A stretch of 44,815 bases of DNA from the NCBI RefSeq assembly GCF_001194135.2, contig NC_068982.1, positions 17,533,056-17,577,870 on the forward strand. The letters run 5' to 3'. This document shows, in pieces, positions 36,860 through 44,815 of this stretch. Each line of letters starts with the position of its first letter. Position 1 is the stretch's first letter. Under the pieces are notes generated by a model that saw only the letters and a list, made by a program, of their open reading frames with translations, was not told the DNA's origin and searched no databases. This DNA comes from Octopus bimaculoides (lineage: Eukaryota). Position numbers and translations under genes: made by a program.

Positions 36860-37137
36860 AACAAACCTGCATAAATGGCTTGTTTATACCCACCAAATGT
36901 ATGCACTGTACATTAGCTCAGTCCTTCTATCAAATCGACGTTGCCTGAACAGGTGCATGGTGTACCACACGTAGGGTGTCAAAGTGATCGCATAGAAACG
37001 TGAGATAAAGTGTTCAGCTCAAGGGCACAGGGTACGGGGCACCATCCGGTTCAGGAATTGAAACCCCGATCTTGCGAGCAACATCCTGACCACTAAACAG
37101 TGCGAGCAACACTCTGACCACTAAGCCGTGCACGGCT
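36860..37137 (-). mobile_element. SINE family C-related copy with a small duplication in the head
   Basis: Duplicated gcgagcaaca..ctgaccactaa (~37074 and ~37102); core gagataaagtgttcagctcaagggcac resembles family C. Confidence 0.6.
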
Positions 37138-37191
37138 TAGTGGTATGTATGTATGTATGTATGTATGTATGTATGTATGTATGTGTGTATT

Positions 37192-37320
37192 GCGTAGGCT
37201 TTAAACGTTAAAGACTCTTCCAGTTTTTCTGAGCGTGAAACTAATGCACCTTATTTGTTGTTCACCTGACTCTGTCTTTTGTTTCTTGTTGTACAATTTT
37301 GTACCAATGTATAAATATAC
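37192..37320 (+). mobile_element. Interspersed repeat, probable PLE pseudo-LTR end; homologous to 41445-41562
   Basis: Shares aaacgttaaagact, ctgagcgt, actaat.ca, cacctg and tcttttgttt colinearly with 41445-41562. Confidence 0.5.
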
Positions 37321-37324
37321 AGGG

Positions 37325-38160
37325 TTGATGGAACTCCTGTGTTTGACAAAGCCGTAGTGAAGGCAATCTATCTAGGAGAAGCTAACTCCGAATTCAAATC
37401 CTTCACTGCTATCTTGTGGTCAGCCTTCAGTGGGCAAGGTCTGAGAGAAGAACATTCTGATATAAAACCTACCATTGCAAATGCAGCCAATGATGTCGAC
37501 TTCCTCTTGTTTTTGGCCCATGTTTTGTAGTTTAGAAAGAGGGATTATTTCTGTGCAAAACCTTTCCTCGCCGAAAAAGAAAGTGTTTGCCATCAGTCTT
37601 TTCAATTGCATCCACCACGCAATCTCTTTTACTGTTGCCATAAGAAAACCGCTTATCCTGCCTGGTTATAGGAAGTTGGCGAAGTGATCTTCGATATTTC
37701 GGCTGATAGTTGCTTGTGTTCTACGCGTGATAGCAGCTGTTAGGCATAACTCCACAACCATTGATCGAGCCCTGTACAAGCTTGTGCAGGACGGTTTCGT
37801 CGTTCTGTGCGCATCTCAAGCAGGTGTAGCTAACTGTGTTACCATGCCTATAGAGTTTATCTCTAATCGGCAATGCCACTCGGTAACACTCACAGGCCAA
37901 GAATTTCTGGAAAGTATCGTTGGGCCTCGGTTTGAAAATCCTCCGAAACAGACTTGGCTTGTTGACTTTCATCGATGCCCAGAGTTGCCCTGAGGACTCA
38001 TCACATTTACCCACCCGGCATTAATCCTTTATAGAAGACCATAGTGGAAACATCCTCAGATTGGTAGAAGGCTGTGAACGCTCGAGAACACACTAGGTGC
38101 CATTCATCCTGCCATGACTCACTCTTGGTTGAAGGGCTGCAGTTCTGTCCAAGAGACAAA
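37325..38160 (-). mobile_element. 5'-truncated L1/Tx1-like LINE ORF2 C-terminus (zf-RVT-like region), decayed
   Basis: WHLVCSRAF..STMVFYKGL/GKCDE..LFRRIFKPRPNDTFQKFLACECYRVALPIRDKLYRHGNTVSYTCLRCAQNDETVLH.. and MATVKEIAWWMQLK; the CxxC..ETxxH finger is typical of the L1/Tx1 ORF2 end. Confidence 0.8.
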
Positions 38161-39944
38161 CCTATTATCTTTAAATAGTGAAGTATTACATAGACACAAG
38201 ACTGACGTTACTGAGAGAGGTTTGTAGCCGATTACATAATTAAATCATGTGATTAATATTTCATATTTTTCTCGAAACAACTGTGAAACAGAGAAACGAT
38301 CGGGAGAAAGGATCCTCCAGTGACCAATGCATATTTTTATTGGTCCCGAAATGACAGAGATATAATAAACAATATGAAAGACTAAGTATTCAATATTATT
38401 AAACAAATTTAAATTTACACTTTAATATTTGAACCTTCTTCACGGCGTTTGAGATTTCCTATATGTTTATTTACTTCTGTCTGACATTTCTGTATTTTTG
38501 TTTGTTTGTTTTGTTTTGCTTTTATCTTCAAAATGTCATATCATTTAATCCCAAATTCCATATCAATATCTTCACTGAACCTATGCCAAATTTTTCACTA
38601 ACGAGTCTATTTACCTGCCATTATTTGTACGCTATTTTAAATTGTCCTTGACTAAAAGAAAAAAAAAAGGAGGAAAGAGAGAAAAAAGAATGATTGATTG
38701 TAGCCAACTTGTTCTACATAATATATTCATTTCTTCGCATTTTTAATGTTACTGATATGATATGTATATCACAGAATACAAAGATTCCATTTTCATGTGT
38801 ACACTAACAAAAAATTTAACAGATGTTAGCTTATCTGATTTCTAACCTTTTTTATTCTTCTAGAAAAAAAAAAAAAAAAAAAAAAAAAAAGGAATGAAAC
38901 AAACCAGAATTTTCTTTTATTTCCCCAATGTCTAATATTGTTTTTGTTATTTATTCAGGGATGGTAACTGCAGTGTTCTTCATAGATTATCCATACCAAT
39001 ACAAGCTTTCTATGGTTTTGAAATATTGATACTTTTTACATTTGGTTTTCTATCTTTTCTGAGATGTTACTTGGATATTAGATAAGCGTCGGTCTATTCA
39101 ACATAAAGCTGGGCAAGATACGGATTATACAGAAAACAAAATCACTTATACTAAAAACGAAACAAATATATAAATGAAGAAATATCTTTCATATATCTAA
39201 GTAGATAGCAGTTTACCATTCCTCCACCGATATTGATAGCATAAGAGTTTGTGTTATTCGAAAAATACATCCAAAATTACTAATCATACATATAGAGAGA
39301 AACATTTCCATTTGCTTTTATTTGTTAACGTATAAGTTAATACTGAGTCAAAAATTTTTTATGATGATTTAAAGGAATAGAATCGAGTGCAGATTGAATG
39401 AAGCCTTACTGGTTTCATGTTACTCTGGTCATATTGTTTTTTATTATCTTCTTATACTACATACATACATATGAATTATTGTTACATATAATTTATTTGA
39501 TCGTTGCTGGTAACTCTCCAGTTTTTCTGGAATCGGTTTTGTTTAGTGTTATTAAATGTGATTCTCTTATATATAATTTCTCTGATAAAATAAGATATTG
39601 GAGAAAAAAACAGAAAGAAGTTTCAGCCATAAAATCGACTTTAGCATATTTTTCTTTCTGATTTTATGCATTGTAATAAAAAAGTTTTCAATCCATCTTT
39701 ATTTTTTCCCTTTCAAATAGCTTTCAGTGCAAACATTTGCTATCATTTTCAATCCTTACTGTGTTTCTCTATGATTTAGATTTTTTTCTTTCTTAATTTA
39801 GATTTATATCGAAATCAATAACAAACGCCAATCCGACTGGATCATATGAATCTAACTCGGTAAAAATATTAATTCTAAAATAATAGCTTCTGATTTAGAC
39901 AGAAGACCAACAATTTATAGTAGATGGGACTAGTTTATGCCACC

Positions 39945-40230
39945 GACCTCAGTACTTGAGGTGGGAGAGGTTGAAAGGCAAAGTTGACGTCAGGATTTGA
40001 ACTCAGAACATTAAGAGACGGATGAAGTACTATAAAGCAGTTTTACAACGCTCTAATGATTCTGTCAGCTTAATGCCTATACTCTAAAATAATGGTTTCA
40101 AATTCTAGCACAAGGCCCGCACTTTTCGTGGGGTGGGTTTAATCGATTACTTCAACTCCAGTACTTGACTGATACTTTATTTTATCGGCACCTAAAGGAT
40201 GAAAAGCAAAGTTGACTAGTATTTGAGCTC
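39945..40230 (-). mobile_element. Two decayed partial SINE family A copies
   Basis: gaaaggcaaagttgacgtcaggatttgaactcagaac (~39972-40010) and tail B plus aaaggatgaaaagcaaagttgac (40090-40220). Confidence 0.7.
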
Positions 40231-40711
40231 AGACCGTATATTGTGGTTAGTATATTTAGTACTACTTTTCGTGTATGAGAAAAAAAATGGAAAAGAAATC
40301 AATAACTAAAGCAATATTTTGTATGACGCTCATAAGCGTCATAGACAATAAATTAGGTAAATAAGAAAAAACATCAGGAAAGAAGCAGTCTGTAATTTTC
40401 TTTACTTTCCAGCCTGGCACTTTTATATTTTATTTACACTATTACTACATTGCAAAAGTCATGAGCATCACGCGATCTCATTAATCTCGACAATAAATTT
40501 GTGATGTTCGTTACTTGTATCTATATAAAATACTTTTATTAGTTTTTTACTGGGTTTAGAGGTTCATGCTGGAGTAATACTGTCAAGGTGTTGTTCTAGT
40601 TGGTCATATCGATCTCCAGTATTTATTTTGTCAATCTTTGTTTATAGGAGAGTTCTTAATCATATATTGATGCACAGGGACGTAACTCAACGCATATGTA
40701 TGTATGCATGT

Positions 40712-40714
40712 CTG

Positions 40715-40788
<74 letters not shown>

Positions 40789-40803
40789 GATCGATCTATC
40801 TAT
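40712..40803. repeat. (TCTA)n microsatellite
   Basis: Direct. Confidence 0.95.
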
Positions 40804-41276
40804 CTCTCTATTTCGTGTTACGTTAAGAAGCAGTGCACGGTACCGGATTTTCGAAATTGTTGTTAGAGTATCCACTTAAGTGAAATCAAGACCTGCTAGT
40901 TTGTACTGGCATCGAGTCATATTAGTTGTAATGATGAAGTCAAACTTTCTGAAATCTTTGAGGAAGGTTTACGTAATGGCTGCAGTTCTTATAAATTACG
41001 CTAACCTGAAACGTACGTATTAAATGATTTCAAAATATAACTATTTGGCTTGACTTCATCCTTACAACTATTTATATATATATATGTTAGATATATATAT
41101 TATATCATACCTTCATACTGTGTGAATTAAGATCCCCGTTGACAGGCCGCTGGTATTTATAGTGGTAAACACTTTCGTTATGTAAATTAGGAACTCTTTC
41201 ATAGAGTAAATGCTGCATTTGTTGAGTATATAAAGAGTTTGGCTGCTTGTTTCTCTAGAGGCTGTCAGAATGATGT

Positions 41277-41327
41277 AGACTCCTCTGATGAGAGCCCAAT
41301 ACGGTTCGAAAATCGATTAAGGTTTTT
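41277..41327 (+). ncRNA. Minimal type I hammerhead ribozyme candidate with intact core
   Basis: CCU(41282-84)/AGG(41320-22) stem I, extended past a 2x2 loop; CUGAUGA 41285-91; stem II GAGCC-CAAUAC-GGUUC; GAAA 41308-11; stem III AA-UCGA-UU (palindrome AAUCGAUU); UUA cleavage triplet ending at 41319. Confidence 0.7.
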
Positions 41328-41444
41328 CATTATTTTTTTCAGTCCGCAGAGAAATGGCTAAAATTTGGCATGTTTATAATTATACCATATGTTACACAAT
41401 CACACGCATGTTTCTCTCCTTGTTTCTCTTTGTGCTCCTTTCTT

Positions 41445-41562
41445 TGGAAGAACGTAGAATAGAAACGTTAAAGACTTTTTCACTTCCTGAGCGTTATACT
41501 AATACATCTGTTTGTTTTCTACACCACCTGTCTTCTTCTTTTGTTTTCTTGTGAATTCTCCC
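41445..41562 (+). mobile_element. Interspersed repeat, probable PLE pseudo-LTR end; homologous to 37192-37320
   Basis: Colinear shared motifs as above; followed by (TA)n. Confidence 0.5.
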
Positions 41563-41585
41563 TATATATATATATATATATATAT

Positions 41586-42711
41586 ATAAGAGAAGAGAAA
41601 TACACACAGTTTACATAGTTTTAATATATCTTAGATGAAAGAGTACTGTGATTGTCGGCCGGTTTCGGTTTCGCTAAGCATAACATTGAAATTATTGTAA
41701 TTTCGTATTTTCTTAAGAAAATTTTAGTTTAGTCCATGTTTTTATGGGAAAGTTTGTGAATGAATCAACAATTAGAAAAATCTAAGGGAAGGTACTTGAT
41801 GATAGTTAATACTCGGGACAGGAGAGGTAATTGCTCAATTTTAGAGTGGGATAAGTCAACATACAAAAACTGATAAGCTAAAGTAGTTATATGAAATATG
41901 TACAGTGATGAATATATGATTATGAATTAAAATATATACTGAGACCAAAGTTGGTTATGCGGTCATATTTAGGAGTGTTCTGTATTTTTCGATAAATAAA
42001 TTTTCTTTATCTAAATGTTCTTGTACGGAAACTGTTTCTTTGCACTGGAAGAGACGAAAACTGTGAAATTTGGTTGGAAATTCCCTGCACATCTCTCTAT
42101 GTGTTCACTCAAAGGTATCTGTCTATACTTTGGGAAACGGATCTGTTCCTTAAGTAGTATGGTTCTCCGTCTAAGTGACATACTTGTCTCTCCTATATAG
42201 TTGTGTCCACAACTTGAACAAGTTATCGCATAAATTAAATTCTCGGATGTACAAGTGAAGTTGGTCTTATTTGTGAACCTCTCTCTTTATTTGAATTGGA
42301 ATTCCAAGCCTTCTAGTAGGTTGAGGTATGTTCCACAGTTTGGACGTCCACATCTTCTAACCAAGTATATATTTTAATTCATGATCACATATCAATCACT
42401 GTACATATTTCATATCACTACTTTAGCTTATGAGTTTTTGTATGTTGATTTATCTCACCCCAAAAATGAGCAATTACCTCCTCTGTTCCGAGTAATAACT
42501 ATCGTCAATTACCTCCCCTTAGATTTTTCTACTTGTTGATTCATTCACAAACTTTCGTTCTAGAACATGAACTAAAATCTTAAGATAATACGAAATTACA
42601 ATAATTTCAATTTTATGATTAGCAAAAGCGAAACCGGTCGACAACCACAATACTCTTTCATTTAAAATATATCAAAACTATGTAAACTGTGTGCATTTTC
42701 GTTCTCTTATT
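41586..42711 (-). mobile_element. 5'-truncated Penelope-like element with inverted pseudo-LTRs flanking a GIY-YIG endonuclease remnant
   Basis: 41586-41957 and 42358-42711 are inverted repeats (roughly 80-85% identical by eye). The minus-strand spacer translates to CGRPNCGT..FTCTSENLIYAITCSSCGHNYIGETSMSLRRR..PLSEHIERC..KENLFIEKYRTLLN. Confidence 0.9.
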
Positions 42712-42873
42712 TTATATCTATACTTTTTGCATTACAACTCACCACGTGGAGATAATCGAAGTTTTCTTCATTCGCTTTCCTACTCTCTCTCTCTCTCTCT
42801 CTCTCTCTGTATATATNNNNNNNNNNNNNNNNNNNNNNNNNNNNNNNNNNNNNNNNNNNNNNNNNNNNNNNNN

Positions 42874-42916
<43 letters not shown>

Positions 42917-42968
42917 CATACAGTTAGAGATATATACACACACACAAATATGCATACATATACAAATA

Positions 42969-43173
42969 CAAGGGAATGATAAAAAGTTCCCGGCTCTAAG
43001 GGTGTGGTGAAAACGCGGTTGGAGGCCCAACCTTCCGAGTTCTTTCATATGGTTTAGAAAAACTGAAGAGCCAATGCAATAAGTGTATGAGAGGGTAACA
43101 GTTTGAATAAAATCATAATTAAATGATTCTCCTGTATTTTCTGTTACCCAAAGGAACCTTTTAGCACTCCTCG
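42969..43173 (+). mobile_element. Mariner-derived MITE
   Basis: TA then caagggaatgataaaaagttcc, with the inverse ggaaccttttagcactcctcg at the right end. The internal remnant GLEKLKSQCNKCMRG*QFE* resembles the mariner transposase C-terminus. Confidence 0.65.
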
Positions 43174-43300
43174 CGCGCACGCGCGCGTGTATGTGTGTGT
43201 GTATATATTATAATGGAATAATTACCATGAAGCATTGTGTAGAATATATTGTGTAAAGGATCGTGGGTAAGGCCAGAACATATATTTATTTTCTTGTGCC

Positions 43301-44075
43301 TTGCAAGTGGATAGTAACATTGATTTTGTTAACACTAACCATTCTTTAGCTAATAATAGCAACGGTATTAGTGTTTCTGATGTTGACTCCAATCGCATTC
43401 GTTTTCTTAGCAGTAATTCTAAAACTAGAAACTCTATTTATCAATATAAAATTACTCCTGGTTCTGACGTGTTTTTTATATAGGTAGTTCTTCATCTCGG
43501 GTGTCCAAAAGAATATCTAATCATTACTCTACTTTTAAACATATCAATAAACGTAACAATACTGGGCTTAGTAAATTAATTTGGTATCTAAAGAATCATA
43601 ATACACAGTTTGATTTGGAATGGAATATTTTCTCTATATCTTTTCTGTATGATAAAGGTAAATCTATTTTTCAGCTTTGTAACTGTGAAATGCATTTCAT
43701 CCTGTTATCAGAGAATCCTCTTGTACACACGTTTATCGTTGCAAACATTGGCAGAAACATACCTTTAGTTCCTATAAGTGATTTCTACCATTCTATAAAA
43801 TTCGACCTTTGACTAATGTCCTCGTACATTTCACTTCCACTAAATATACCTACTTCCATGTCTTGAAGCTTTATCATTATTCACCTATCGCTCTACATCT
43901 CTCCACTATTAGTTTCCTGCTAATTTCTCTCTTTCTCCTCCTTCTCTTTCTATCTTTCTATAAACTACCTTTCACGTTATATCTAGTGACGGTAAAAAAA
44001 AAAAAACTTGCTAGCGATGCCTTCATCATATACGCAGTCATCACTTTCTGTTAAAATGTCTTATTAATGTATTTG
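43301..44075 (+). mobile_element. Penelope-like element 3' fragment: decayed GIY-YIG endonuclease and 3' region
   Basis: NSIYQYKITPGSDVF/YIGSSSSRVSKRISNHYSTFKHINKRNNTGLSKLIWYLKNHNTQFDLEWNI..QLCNCEMHFIL../CKHWQKHTFSSYK* (stop 43779-81); SIY at 43433 and YIG at 43477. Confidence 0.82.
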
Positions 44076-44461
44076 GTTTCTTTCTTTCCATGATGAGAAG
44101 ATTGCATTGTTTTATTCCTTCTGGGATAATACCAATGTTTTCTTCGAAACATATGTTGGAAGTAAAAAGATTTGAATAACAGCTGCGTTTAACACCGTTT
44201 ATTTATTTATCTATATTATACAAAAACATTTCACCTAAACCTGGAGTTTCTACCTTTATAAGTACGGTGTTACATCCTTGGTACTTGTGTGAACTTTTGC
44301 TACCCAGGTAACTATTTATCTATTTTCCGTGTTATTTGTAAACATTGAAAAACACATACATTTATATATANNNNNNNNNNNNNNNNNNNNNNNNNNNNNN
44401 NNNNNNNNNNNNNNNNNNNNNNNNNNNNNNNNNNNNNNNNNNNNNNNNNNNNNNNNNNNNN

Positions 44462-44660
44462 CGTGTCTGTGTTTGTCCCGCCCCCACCGCTTGACAACCG
44501 ATGTTGGTGCGTTTACGTACCCGTAACTTAGCCGTTCAGAAAAGAACGATAGAAAAAGTACCAGGCTTACAAAGAATAAGTCCTGGGGCCGATTTAATCC
44601 ACTAAAGGCGGTGCTCCAGTATGGCTGCTGTCAAATGACTGAAACGAGTAAAAGAATAAC
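44462..44660 (+). mobile_element. SINE family B 3' half (5' half probably in the gap 44371-44461)
   Basis: gcttgacaaccgatgttggtg..cccgtaacttagc..ggcggtgctccagtatggctgctgtcaaatgactgaaac. Confidence 0.85.
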
Positions 44661-44815
44661 AAAATACACACACGTATATACATCCATCTGTCTCAGTAGT
44701 TCTATCTACCTCGGTATTTAGCTCAGTTTTCTTTCTATCCAAATGCCTTCTTGTCTGTATTCAGTTTTCAAAGGTCTTTCAAAGATCTAAATTGAGTGAT
44801 ATATATATATATATA

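Noticed and set aside
40322-40343. Perfect 9-bp hairpin TATGACGCT-CATA-AGCGTCATA
   Set aside because: Isolated, with no TSD or associated element, and short enough to arise by chance or snap-back repair.

Overview
AT-rich eukaryotic genomic DNA from a gapped draft assembly (13 N-runs), dense in microsatellites and transposable elements. The SINE families look like those of Octopus, so the source is probably an octopod cephalopod; this rests on recognition, not a database search. Almost all ORFs in the supplied track are artefacts of simple repeats, N-runs or antisense reading of decayed elements. Supported content: (1) about 20 copies of at least four SINE-like families, including two A-A-B trimers with identical junctions; (2) decayed LINE fragments resembling R4/Dong, CR1, RTE and L1/Tx1, plus two tandem ORF1-like relics; (3) several Penelope-like elements (PLEs), one with a ~370-bp inverted pseudo-LTR pair around a GIY-YIG remnant; (4) a full-length 1.68-kb IS630/Tc1/mariner element with Gambol-like motifs, and two mariner-type MITEs; (5) two minimal type I hammerhead ribozyme candidates with intact cores (13225-13279, 41277-41327) and decayed relics; (6) two candidate plus-strand exons (11801-11851, 18335-18414) that would join in frame into a membrane-protein-like cytoplasmic tail. 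No rRNA, true tRNA, CRISPR array or intact long CDS is supported. All translations, alignments and folds were done by hand, and element boundaries are approximate unless a TSD or TIR fixes them.
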